A stretch of DNA of 42,148 nt. It comes from a virus (taxonomy: Duplodnaviria > Caudoviricetes). The notes under the pieces are model-generated. The model was not told where the DNA came from. It saw nothing but the letters and a program-made list of their open reading frames with translations, and made no database searches. The stretch's first letter is position 1. The number at the start of each line of letters is the position of its first letter. Where the stretch lies: IMG/VR virus record IMGVR_UViG_3300032302_000165, positions 1-42,148 of that record. One strand, given 5' to 3'. The translations under genes and the position numbers were made by a program. This document shows, piece after piece, positions 16,463 to 26,800 of the stretch.

Positions 16463-17122
16463 ATGGGCCTGGCCAACCAGTCGGCAACGCCAGGCCGCAC
16501 CACGCTGCTCGATGCGGTGAACATCCTGCTGGGCGTGATTGGCGAGGCCCCGGTCAACAGCCTCGACGACCCGGTGATGACCGAATCGAGCATCGCCGAG
16601 CGGACCCTGCTGGAGTTCCATAAGGCCGAGCAGACCAAGGGCTGGAGCTGGAATTCGGAGCAGGACTACCCCTTTGCCGTGGCCACGGACGGCACCATCA
16701 CCGTGCCATCAAACCTCACCCGCTTTGCCCCCGATCCGTTCCAGTGGGACGGGCGCTTCATTCTCCGCGGGCAGCGGGTCTACGACCGGGTGAACCGCAC
16801 CTACGTTCTGACGGGTGCCGCCGTCACACAACTCACGGCCGACGTGGTGTGGATGCTGCCCTGGGATGACTGCCCGGAGACCTACAACCGCTACGTCGTC
16901 ATCCTGGGCGCCAGGGCCTTTGCTAACCGGTTCCTGGGGAGCGATTCGATCGAGCGCTACACCCAGCAAGATCTGCTGATGGCCCGGACTGAGCTGGACC
17001 GCAACGAGCTGCAGCAGCTGCAGCCCAACGCCCTGAGTGGCCAGCGTGGAGTGATGCCGTTTGGCACCTTCAACCCTGCCGCCGGACTGGCTGGTCGCAG
17101 CAGCTCGAATTGGTTCGACTGA
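16463..17122 (+). CDS. Tail tubular protein A (gp11-like)
   Basis: TLLDAVNILLGVIGEAPVNSL, QTKGWSWNSE, RGQRVYDR. Confidence 0.93.
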   Translation: MGLANQSATPGRTTLLDAVNILLGVIGEAPVNSLDDPVMTESSIAERTLLEFHKAEQTKGWSWNSEQDYPFAVATDGTITVPSNLTRFAPDPFQWDGRFILRGQRVYDRVNRTYVLTGAAVTQLTADVVWMLPWDDCPETYNRYVVILGARAFANRFLGSDSIERYTQQDLLMARTELDRNELQQLQPNALSGQRGVMPFGTFNPAAGLAGRSSSNWFD

Positions 17123-19563
17123 TGGCTGAGCTTTTTACCTCCACGATTCCGAACCTGATCCAGGGGATCAGCCAGCAACCGGACGCCCAGCGGGACCCGA
17201 CCCAGGCGGAGCTGCAGATCAATGGAGTCAGCAGCAGCGCGGAGGGCCTGCGCAAACGGGATCCAACGCAGACGCTGGCCCGGGTAAGCGCCACCAGCCT
17301 GGGGGACGTGTTCGTCCATGCGATCCTCCGCGACCGCACCGAGCGGTATCTGGCGGTGATCAGCAACAGCACCGTGAAGGTGTTTGACCTCGATGGCGTG
17401 GCGCAGACCGTCAACGCCCCCAGCGGCTACGGCTACTTGACCGGCGTGACAGATGCAAAGCGGCAGATCCGGTGCGGCACCGTGGCGGATTACACCTTCG
17501 TGGCCAGCTCGCTCAAGGTGGTGGCAATGGACTCGGCCCTGGCCCCCGCCGTGGCCAGGCCAGCAACCAACGAGGCACTGGTGTGGGTCAAGGCCGCCAA
17601 CTACGGCCAGTCCTACAAGGTGAACGTGAACGGCACCCTGGCCACGGTGACGACCACAACCACGGTCAGCACAGCGATCAGCACGGCAGACATCGCCACC
17701 CAGATCAAGACGGCCTTGGCCGGAGTGGCTGGCGTCTCGATCGCCCAGGCCGGCTCAGTGCTGCATTTCACCAGCGCAAGCACCATCACGATCAGCGCCA
17801 CCGATGCCAGGGCCAACACGGACATCACCGCGATCACCAATTCGGTGCAGAGCTTCACAAGCCTGCCGACAATCGCGCCGGTCGGCTACCAGGTGGAGGT
17901 GACGGGCGACCCGTCGAGCAACTTCGATGGCTACTACGTGAAGTTCGTGCCACGCACCGGCGCCGGCACTTTCGGCGAGGGCGCATGGGAAGAGTGCGTA
18001 GCGCCGGGGGCGCAGTACAAACTCAATCCCACCACCATGCCGCAGGTGCTGGTGCGGCTGCCAGCGGGCACTTGGTATTTCGGGCCCCTCAACGGTGCTG
18101 CGCTGACGGGCCTGACCCTGCCGACCTGGGGCCAGCGGGTGGCGGGCGACGGCGAATCAGCGCCGGACCCGAGCTTCGTGGGGCAAAGCGTGAACGACAT
18201 CTTCATCCACCGCGGGCGGCTTGGGATCCTGGCTGATGAGAAGCGGATCTTTAGCCGGGCAAAGGATTTTTTCGCCTTCTTCCCGGAAACCGTGACAACG
18301 GTTTTGGACAGCGATCCGATCGACAAGACCGCCAGCAGTTCCAGGGTGAGTGTGCTGCGATATGCGGTGCCATTCCAGGGCGAAATGCTGCTGTTCAGTG
18401 ATGATTATCAGTTCAGGTCATACGCGACTGATGCTTCGCTAACGCCGACAACAGATGCGATAACGATCTTGACAGGATATGAAATTGATACGGGAGTGCG
18501 GCCAATCCAGATGGGCGGCTCTGTTGTGTTCTGCCAGTCCAATGGGGACTGGAGCCAGCTTCGGCAGTTCTCAGTACGCGGCGCTGGCACTGCGCTGGTT
18601 GGCGAGGCGGAATCCATTACCGATCACGTCAGCAGCTATATCCCAGCCGGGATTTTTCAGCTTGCGGCCAATGACACGGGCAATTCCCTGTACTGCATCA
18701 GCAGCAAGACCGGCTATACCAACAGGATCTACACGTACAAATACTTCTATCGGAACAGTGGCAGCGGGATCGAGCGGGCCCAGTCCAGTTGGAGCTACTG
18801 GGATCTCCCTGGGGCAGAGCAGATCCTTTCGATTGTGGCGATTCAAGAAACGCTCTACCTCCTGGTTCAGCGTGGCGGCGAGGTGTTTCTGGAGAAAATG
18901 CCGGTGCTGGATCGGCAGTCGGCCGCCGCGGCACCGTATCCGCTGCTTCTTGATCGCTGGGTAAGCACCACCACCGCCAGCCCGGCCGCCATGCGGGTGC
19001 CGGCCGGCGCTTACAACCCCGTCACCAAGGTGACGACCTGGACGCTGCCATTCACGATCAGGGCCACAACGCAAGCGTGGTCCGCCTACCAAACGGGCTA
19101 TCAGGGCGGGGTGTTGCTGGGATCCGCCAGCAGTGGCAACACGATCTCGACCCGTGGTGACTGGTCTACGGCGCAGGTCTACTTCGGAGAGGCCTACACC
19201 TTCCGGTATCGCCCGTCGCGGTTTAAGCCGATGCGGACCCAGGGCGGAGGGCAGGTGGCCAGCAACGTGTTGCGGGCACAGATCCGCAATGCGCGACTGC
19301 GCTACCACGAAACCGGCTGGTTTCAGGTCCGGGTCACCCCCAGCGGCGGCCGCGATGAAGCTGTCTACGATTTCCCTGGCAGCACGATTGGCCTGCTGCA
19401 GGGTGCGGACCAGGGGCAGGCAGGGGTGTTCAGCATCCCGATTTTTGGGCGGGGGGAAAACAACACGGTCACGATCGAGAACAACACGGCCCACCCGTGC
19501 AAGTTTGCCTCCCTGGAGTGGACCGGGCTGATCACCGGCAAGGGGCGGGCGGTGCAGCAATGA
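17122..19563 (+). CDS. Tail tubular protein B / nozzle (gp12-like)
   Basis: IPNLIQGISQQPD, GLRKR, PSFVG..GRLG, DSDPID, ITDHVSSYIP, QSSWSYW. Confidence 0.93.
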   Translation: MAELFTSTIPNLIQGISQQPDAQRDPTQAELQINGVSSSAEGLRKRDPTQTLARVSATSLGDVFVHAILRDRTERYLAVISNSTVKVFDLDGVAQTVNAPSGYGYLTGVTDAKRQIRCGTVADYTFVASSLKVVAMDSALAPAVARPATNEALVWVKAANYGQSYKVNVNGTLATVTTTTTVSTAISTADIATQIKTALAGVAGVSIAQAGSVLHFTSASTITISATDARANTDITAITNSVQSFTSLPTIAPVGYQVEVTGDPSSNFDGYYVKFVPRTGAGTFGEGAWEECVAPGAQYKLNPTTMPQVLVRLPAGTWYFGPLNGAALTGLTLPTWGQRVAGDGESAPDPSFVGQSVNDIFIHRGRLGILADEKRIFSRAKDFFAFFPETVTTVLDSDPIDKTASSSRVSVLRYAVPFQGEMLLFSDDYQFRSYATDASLTPTTDAITILTGYEIDTGVRPIQMGGSVVFCQSNGDWSQLRQFSVRGAGTALVGEAESITDHVSSYIPAGIFQLAANDTGNSLYCISSKTGYTNRIYTYKYFYRNSGSGIERAQSSWSYWDLPGAEQILSIVAIQETLYLLVQRGGEVFLEKMPVLDRQSAAAAPYPLLLDRWVSTTTASPAAMRVPAGAYNPVTKVTTWTLPFTIRATTQAWSAYQTGYQGGVLLGSASSGNTISTRGDWSTAQVYFGEAYTFRYRPSRFKPMRTQGGGQVASNVLRAQIRNARLRYHETGWFQVRVTPSGGRDEAVYDFPGSTIGLLQGADQGQAGVFSIPIFGRGENNTVTIENNTAHPCKFASLEWTGLITGKGRAVQQ

Positions 19564-20006
19564 GATGGGCCCATGCCACCGGCGACGTGGTGGAGTTCAT
19601 TGGCCACAACCTGCGGGAGGCAGATCGCGTTGAGGTGTGGCTGAGCGACCGCCTGAGCCCCTGCGACGCCGTGCGGCAGAGCTGGCTGGCCAGCCTCGAA
19701 TGCCATGCCGTGGTGAATGACGACGGTGTGCCAGTGGCGTTGTGCGGTGTCTCCGGTGGTGGCGTGATCTGGTTGCTCTGCACTGATGGATTGCTGGCCA
19801 CGGCTGCCAATCGGCGGCAGTTCATCCGGGAGGGGAAATGCTGGGTGAACCGGTGCTTCCAGCGCTATGGTCCATTGAGCAACTGGGTTTACGCCAAAAA
19901 CATGGGCTCGATTCGGTGGCTGAAGTCGCTGGGGTTCACGGTTCACCCGCCGTCCCCGATCGGCCCCAGCTGCGCATTGTTCTGCATGTTTGAAAGGGTG
20001 CCCTAA
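19560..20006 (+). CDS. gp13-like internal virion protein A (GNAT-like fold)
   Basis: NLREADRVEV, IWLLCT, LSNWVYAKN..IRWLKSLGF; synteny. Confidence 0.8.
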   Translation: MRWAHATGDVVEFIGHNLREADRVEVWLSDRLSPCDAVRQSWLASLECHAVVNDDGVPVALCGVSGGGVIWLLCTDGLLATAANRRQFIREGKCWVNRCFQRYGPLSNWVYAKNMGSIRWLKSLGFTVHPPSPIGPSCALFCMFERVP

Positions 20007-20848
20007 TGCTGCTCGATCCGATCAGCCTTGGAATTACGGGTGTAAGCACCGGGCTGAACCTGCTTGGGGCCTCGCAGCAAAGTGCAGCTGCAAAGCAGGA
20101 CTACCTGAACCAGAGCACCTTTCAAAAGGCGACCAATAAGTTCGCCCGTTGGCAGGCCGATCAGAACCAGCGCTTCAGTGATGCAAATGCTCGGTATCAG
20201 TTCTGGGGTCAGCAGGTGCAGTACCAGCAGCAGCTGGGTTATGTCCACCAGCTGCAGAGTTTTGAGCTGGCGAAGCAGATCAACCAGGCCAACGTGGTGC
20301 GCGACAGCCGGGCCGCCGCTGGGGCGGAGTTCATCAACAACTCGCAAGCCGCCTCGAACCGCCTGCAAGAAGTGGCCATGCAGGCCGCAGTTGCTCAGCA
20401 GCAGTACGGCTGGCGGACGCTGCAGGCCAGGGCCTCGGTGCAGGCCATGGATGCCGAAGGCAACTCCATCGATCGGCTGATCAACAACTACGCCAAGCAG
20501 GCCGGCGACTACAACACGATTGCGCAGATCAACGACCAGCTGCAGCGCAACCAGTTCAGCCGGGAGCAAACCGCGATGGTGGGTCGCTACCTGAGCGAGT
20601 GGAACAGCCAGCAGTTCTACATCCCAACCACCTACATCGAGCCGATCGAGCCGTTTGCGCCAATGCCTGCGCTGATGCAGCCGGCAGCCCCCTCCATGAC
20701 CGGCACCGGCCCCAGCGGTGGCGCTGCGGCGCTGCGGATCGGGACGGCACTGCTGGATGGAGCAAACACCTACATGAGCAGCGCGGCCGGGATGAAGAAG
20801 GCCGCTGAACCCAAGACCGGCACCATCCCGACCACTGGGATTGCCTGA
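20006..20848 (+). CDS. gp14-like internal virion (ejection) protein
   Basis: MLLDPISLGI hydrophobic start, Gln/Ala-rich helices, GNSIDRL; synteny. Confidence 0.75.
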   Translation: MLLDPISLGITGVSTGLNLLGASQQSAAAKQDYLNQSTFQKATNKFARWQADQNQRFSDANARYQFWGQQVQYQQQLGYVHQLQSFELAKQINQANVVRDSRAAAGAEFINNSQAASNRLQEVAMQAAVAQQQYGWRTLQARASVQAMDAEGNSIDRLINNYAKQAGDYNTIAQINDQLQRNQFSREQTAMVGRYLSEWNSQQFYIPTTYIEPIEPFAPMPALMQPAAPSMTGTGPSGGAAALRIGTALLDGANTYMSSAAGMKKAAEPKTGTIPTTGIA

Positions 20849-23800
20849 TGGAAACAAATCTCCCCCTCGGCCAGGTCAACCCGGAAGCCAAGCCGGTAGC
20901 GGCCTTCATTCAGCCGGCGCAGAACCAGCCGGGCGCCATTGCGGGCCCGGCAGCCATGCCCCAGCTGCAGGGGATCACAACCCTTCGGGGTTCAGAGCAG
21001 GCCAGCTATGGCGGCGTGAACCGCTTCCAGGAGCTGGCGCAAGCGCTGGCGCCATTCAACGCCAACCTGACCAACGCGCTCCAAAGCGCGGGAGAGCGTG
21101 GTGCCGGCTGGGCATCGCGGCAAGGGGAGGCACAGGTCTTTGCCAAGAACATGGCATTGAAGGCCCTCAGCCAGGCCGACGCGACCAACGAGGCCGGCGC
21201 CTTTGACTATGCCAAGGTCAACCGCGAGCTGGGCAAGCGCGATCCGGGGGCGGGGGCCCTGATGAACCTGCTGAATCCCTATCGAGAGATGGGGGTGCAG
21301 CGGGGCCTGGCGAAGCTGGCCGGTGCCGAGGCCGAGGCCGGGATGCTGGGCGCCTATGAGGAGATGGGGCCGATCATGTTCCTCTCGCCCGACAAGGGAC
21401 AGGGGGCCCTGGCGCAGATGAAGGCGGGCTACATCAAGCAGCTGACCGAGAAGTACGGACTCGATACCGCATCGCCGGGGTTCCTGAATTACGCCCTGCC
21501 GAAGATCACCGCCGCCGAGGAGAAGATCGGCAACAGGGCCCGTGAGGACCGGGTGAAGTACCTCGACAGCACCCTGCCGGGCGTGGCTGCGGGGCAGATC
21601 CGCAGCCTCGTCATGGATGTGCAGCGGCAGGCGCTCGGCGGGGCGCCCCAGATCACGATCGGCAGCTCTGGGGTGATGCTCGATCGGAAGAGCCCCACCT
21701 TCAACGAGGACGCCCAGGCCGAGGTGATGACCCAGGCCGGCAAGATCCTGGCTTACCACTCCGGGCTGATGGGGAACGGCGGGCAGCCGCTGAAGCTGGC
21801 GGAAACGGTCTACAAGGCGCTGCGCACCGAGGCGGCCTATGGGCAGGATCCGGTGTTTAAGAACATTGTGGATCGCATCAAGGCGGGGCCCACGTATTGG
21901 GACCCGGTGGCCAAGCGACCGGTGCAGCAAACGCTGGCGCAGATGTTCCCGGAGACAGCCGCCGACACGGAAATGAAATACGGCTGGGCGGTGCGGAAGC
22001 GCGAAGAGGAGCAGGGTGTTCAAGATTTCTCGGACATGCTGATCAACGGCGCCCCGGCTGCCGGGAAGCTGCCGGCGGTGGGGGGCGTCTACCAGCCGGG
22101 CGACAAGGGCCCCCTCGATCAGGCCGCGATGGTGGAGCGCAGCAACCAGCTTCTGGCGCGGTTCCGGCAGGAGAACCCAAACGCTCCCGTGGCGCCGCTG
22201 CTCAAGGCGATCAACGACCAGCTGGGCCTCCAGATCGACATCAAGGGGAAGAGCTATGCCCCGGACGCTGGCGAGGAGGTGCTGTCCCGGGCCCGCGATG
22301 CCTGGGGCAGTGATTTCGACCCGGCAGCGCTGAGGCGGGACCTGGCGGCAATGCGCGGGCAGATCAACCCGGCGAAGTTTGGGGAGGTGGCGTCAAAGCT
22401 CGAATCGATCATCCGCAGCAAGGACGCCAAGGCCAGCACCCTGGCCCCGTCCGAGGTGAACCGGGCGGTGGAAGCCGCCAAGGCTGCAGCGCTCTCGGCC
22501 AACTACGGCGCCGACTACAAGGAGCTCCAGCGGGCCGGCAGCATGAATGCCAAGACCGAGCGGGCCGCCAACCTGGCCGAGTCGGTGCGGCGGTACAACG
22601 CTGCCCTCTACCCGGCCGTGAACAGCGCCGTCGCTGCAGCTGCCGCAAAGAAGGGCGGGCCGCTGGACCCTGGGGAGACCTACGAGGTCGCCAGCCAAGC
22701 CGCCGCAGACTTCGCCACCAGGAACCAGGCGGCCTTCAATCTGCTGTTCCCCGGCGGGCGCGTCTCCGGTGCCCCCTCGCTGCCGGGGCTCAATGCCATG
22801 GCGCCGGATCCCAACGCACCCAAGCCCAGCGGCAAGCCGGCCGGCCCCCCTGCCCCACCGACATGGGACACCAGACAGCTCGATTCGATGCCCAACCGGC
22901 AGCAGCGGCTCCGCAACTACCGGAACGAGTCGATCCTGAGCAAGGAGGCGATTGGGAAGGAGCTCGTCAACGCTGCAAATGGCGGCAGCTTCTCCCCCCA
23001 GCTGAGGCGTGCCGCCATGGATGCGCTGGCCCCATCGCCGGCCGAGTTCCTGCGGGACCAGGGGGCCAGATACGGAATCACCGTGCCACCGGAAGCAATG
23101 AAGCACCTGAACGATCAGAGCAGCGCCATCACAACACCGCAGCGGCACCTGGTGGCGATGGCAGCGCAGGGGCAGTCAGCGCTGAGTGGCTTCGCCGGCT
23201 GGGCCCTCAATGCCGCCACGGGGGCGCAGCCGGCTTCCGCTGCCGAGTGGCCACGGTTCGGCGCTCGAAGCGCAGCGCCTGGCCAGTTCACGATCTCGAT
23301 GCGTGCCCGTGGTGGCGGAGGCGGCTGGGATGGCGGAGGCCCTTTTATGGGTAGCGGTGGCATCGGCGGGGGACAGTCCGGCGACCACGGAGGTCTGGCT
23401 GCCCTGGTTAGCAGCGGCGAGGGCGGCTTCAATTCGGTCAACTACGGAACCACCGGGTCCGGCAGGCAAATCAACCTCACTTCAATGTCGATTGGGCAGG
23501 TTGAGCGGATGCAGGCCGCCGGGCAGGTTTTTGCCGTTGGGTTTGCCCAGTGGATACCAGGGAATCTCACAAAGGCGCGGCTGGCGGCCGAACTACCCCC
23601 TGATGCTCCGATGAGCCCCGGCAATCAACAAAAGATGTTCTGGGCCTATGTGCTCAACAGCGATAAGCAGCCAGCGCTTCGTGACTACCTGACAGGGCGC
23701 AGCAACGATCTTGGCGCCGCTCACCGGGCGTTGGCGGCGGAATGGGCGGCAGTCAAAGGGCCCAATGGCAGAGGCAACTACGACAACGACAGCGCTGGGA

Positions 23801-23877
23801 ACATGGGGACTATTGACTCCGCCAAGGTGCGGAAGGCGCTGATCAGTGCCCGCCAATCCATCACGAGGAGACCCTGA
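20848..23877 (+). CDS. gp15-like internal virion protein with C-terminal lysozyme-fold muramidase
   Basis: ELAQALAPFN N-terminal motif; C-terminal SSGEGGFNSVNYG..AVGFAQW..NQQKMF..LAAEWAAV resembles lambda-lysozyme-like domains. Confidence 0.75.
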   Translation: METNLPLGQVNPEAKPVAAFIQPAQNQPGAIAGPAAMPQLQGITTLRGSEQASYGGVNRFQELAQALAPFNANLTNALQSAGERGAGWASRQGEAQVFAKNMALKALSQADATNEAGAFDYAKVNRELGKRDPGAGALMNLLNPYREMGVQRGLAKLAGAEAEAGMLGAYEEMGPIMFLSPDKGQGALAQMKAGYIKQLTEKYGLDTASPGFLNYALPKITAAEEKIGNRAREDRVKYLDSTLPGVAAGQIRSLVMDVQRQALGGAPQITIGSSGVMLDRKSPTFNEDAQAEVMTQAGKILAYHSGLMGNGGQPLKLAETVYKALRTEAAYGQDPVFKNIVDRIKAGPTYWDPVAKRPVQQTLAQMFPETAADTEMKYGWAVRKREEEQGVQDFSDMLINGAPAAGKLPAVGGVYQPGDKGPLDQAAMVERSNQLLARFRQENPNAPVAPLLKAINDQLGLQIDIKGKSYAPDAGEEVLSRARDAWGSDFDPAALRRDLAAMRGQINPAKFGEVASKLESIIRSKDAKASTLAPSEVNRAVEAAKAAALSANYGADYKELQRAGSMNAKTERAANLAESVRRYNAALYPAVNSAVAAAAAKKGGPLDPGETYEVASQAAADFATRNQAAFNLLFPGGRVSGAPSLPGLNAMAPDPNAPKPSGKPAGPPAPPTWDTRQLDSMPNRQQRLRNYRNESILSKEAIGKELVNAANGGSFSPQLRRAAMDALAPSPAEFLRDQGARYGITVPPEAMKHLNDQSSAITTPQRHLVAMAAQGQSALSGFAGWALNAATGAQPASAAEWPRFGARSAAPGQFTISMRARGGGGGWDGGGPFMGSGGIGGGQSGDHGGLAALVSSGEGGFNSVNYGTTGSGRQINLTSMSIGQVERMQAAGQVFAVGFAQWIPGNLTKARLAAELPPDAPMSPGNQQKMFWAYVLNSDKQPALRDYLTGRSNDLGAAHRALAAEWAAVKGPNGRGNYDNDSAGNMGTIDSAKVRKALISARQSITRRP

Positions 23878-26800
23878 TGCCACAAACACTCGTCCAGAAG
23901 AATGGCCGCTGGCAACTGGTCGGCGACGACCACTCGCACGATCACGCCCCACCCCCTCCGACCACTGGCCCCAAGCCCAAGACCCCGGCCAAGAAAGCCC
24001 CGAAACCGTGGTGGAACGACCCTTTGCATGCGGTGACCAACGAACTGCGGTGGGCCGCCAAGCAGATCGGGGGCTTCAACGCGGGCACAAAGCTGATCAG
24101 CGGCAGCTACAGCAACCCGCTGATGGGAGGAGATCCGGTTTATTACGACACCAGGATGTCCCCCAGAAACCCCAAGGCCTATTCGGGGTCGGCGCCGACG
24201 ACGCGGCAGTATGCGGCAGCTGTTGTACCTGGCGCAGTTCAGACGGCCGGGGAGGGCGTGATCGCGCTTGGCCAGAAGGTGCTGGCGCCTGGCAAGTACG
24301 CCGATCCCCGCCGCTCCCCCCCCGGCAAGGTGCTGAATGCCATCACCCGAACCGCCTACTCGGTGCTGGGGGCCAAGCAGCCGGAAGACCTGACCGAGGG
24401 GCAGCGCGGCGTGATCGACAACCTTGGTCGTCAAGCGGGCGTGGAGATCGGAACCCTTCCCATCGGCGGCGCACTGACCAAGGGAGTCCGGGGTGCAATC
24501 AAGGGAACGACATGGGCCAGCAGAGGGCTGAGGTGGGGCACCACGCTGGGCGTGACGCATGGCATGGGTGCCCTGCTGCAGGACTCGACCCAGGGCAGCA
24601 TCGTCAACGCGACGGAAGCCCTCACCGGCATTCACGGCTTACCGCTGGCGGTGGACCCAGCAAAAGACGATCGGGTGACGTCGGCCATAAAAGCGTTTTT
24701 CCCTAACCTCGTCGGCGGCGAGCTGACGGGCCTGGCCGGATCGGCTGGCGCCCGAGCTGTGGGGGTGGGCGCCAAAGCTGCAGGAAAGTCGCTCCGTGCG
24801 GCAGACAGCTTGATCCAGAAGGGCGCGGAGTGGGAAGCCAATAGAGCGTTTAAGAAGTGGGCTGCGGGCGGATATGACCCGAGGCAGGCCGAAAAAATCG
24901 CCAGGCAGTTCGAGAACATCAGTCGATACCGGCGTGCGGCCGGCGCCAACACCACCCATGTAACTGCCGGGGAGAAGCTGAAGGCCAGGGGCCTGGTGGA
25001 GGACATCGAGGGGCAGCAGCGCTTCACCGAGCAGGCGCTGGAGAAGCCTGCCCCGGTCCCTATCCCACAGACCCCCGACGAAGCCCGCGACGCGGTGCTG
25101 GCCCGCTGGGGTCGTGGTGCGCAGCAGCCGGCCGACCAAGTTCGTGGCGCCACGGAAATGGTCACCGCCCCCGTGGAGGCCCCGGTTCCCGCGGCAGCCC
25201 CGGCAGCTGCCGAGCAATCCTCGGCAACTCCTGCAGCAACGGCCGAGACAGCTCCCCTGCCTGATCCGTGGTTCTACGACCCGGCGCTGCCAGAGGTCGC
25301 CGATGCACAGAAGCTGGTAAGCCAGCTGGACCCGGCCGAGCTCCAGGCGGTGGCTGCCGTCGGCGCCGATGGTGGCCCGGTGCTCCAGCACATCGAGGAG
25401 GTCATCGCCTCCCGGCCGGCGCCGCAACCACGGCCAGAGATCAGCGAGGGCTGGGCCGGCATCCCCACCAACCGGCTCAGCGAGATCTACCTGAATGGCG
25501 CTGGTGACCTTCAGCCATGGTCGGCGCAGCTCGACAGGCTCCCCGCCACCACCCTGGAGGAGCTGTCACACCCAGAGGCCAGCCCCAACCTGGCGCAACG
25601 GATTGCCAATGACACCGGCAAGACGTGGCCCTTCTCCCGCGAGGAGGTGATCAACGGGATGCAGGCCCTGTCTGCTGATGGCACCACGATCGTGCCAAAC
25701 CGGCTGCGCGGCGACATCCGCACCATGCGGACCGAGGACATCTACGCAGCGCCCCAGGAGTTTCAATACAAGGAGGGCATCAACGCGCAGGGCGAGCAGC
25801 TGGGGCAGTCGCTGGGCGGCGTTGAGCGGTGGGACCCCAACGCCGAGGGGGTCCTGCAGGTGTTCACGGATCCCCGCGACGGCAAGACCAAGGTGGTCAA
25901 CGGCCACAACCGCCGGGCCCTGGCCGACCGCCTTGGCGTCCCGACGCTGCGGGTGGAGGAGGTGAACGCCACCACCCCCGCGGCAGCCCGGGCGGCCGGA
26001 GCGATCAGCAACATCAGCGCAGGCAACGGCACACCGTTCGATGCGGCGAAGTTCATCAAGTCCACTGGACTGACCGATCAGGCGCAGCTGCAGGCCGCCG
26101 GCATCCCCCTCGACAAAGGCTGGGGGCGGCAGGGCCTGGCCCTGAGCCGGCTGCCGGATGACATCTTCCAGCAGGCGGTCAATGGCGAGCACCGGCTGGG
26201 ACGCTACGTGGCCCTGGGGGAATCGGGCTTGGACGAACCGGGGATGCGCGGGGCCTACCAGGTGCTGAAGCAGCGTCCAAAGATGACCGAGGACACGTTC
26301 CGCGAGGTGCTGGACCAGGCCAAACAGCAGGGCAACGTTGTGGCCCCATCGGCGCAGGGTGGCCTGTTCGGCGATGAGGTGCTGAACCCAATGCTGCAGC
26401 GGGCCGAGCTGGTCGCTGATGTCCGATCGGGCCTGGCCAAAGACCGCCGCCTGTTCGGGTTTGCCACCCGGAACGCCGATGCCCTGAGCGAGGCCGGGGC
26501 AACCACGATCGACACGGCCGCCGCCGGCCAGCGGGTGGCCGATGCGCAGCAGGCCCTGGGCCTGTTCGACACCCTCAAGAACCAGGCCGGCCCGGTGGGG
26601 GAGCTGCTGAGCAAGGGGGCCGAGCGGATCGCGCAGGGCGAGAACGCTTCGATCGTGGCCAAGCAGATCCAGCGGGAGATCGGCGACAGCATCGAGCGGG
26701 AGCTGGCCAGCAGCGGCATGAAGGCCACCCCGCAGGACATGGCGGCACCCGCCCCACAGCCGGCGCCAATCCCCGAACCCGATCGGGCAACGCTGGAGGC

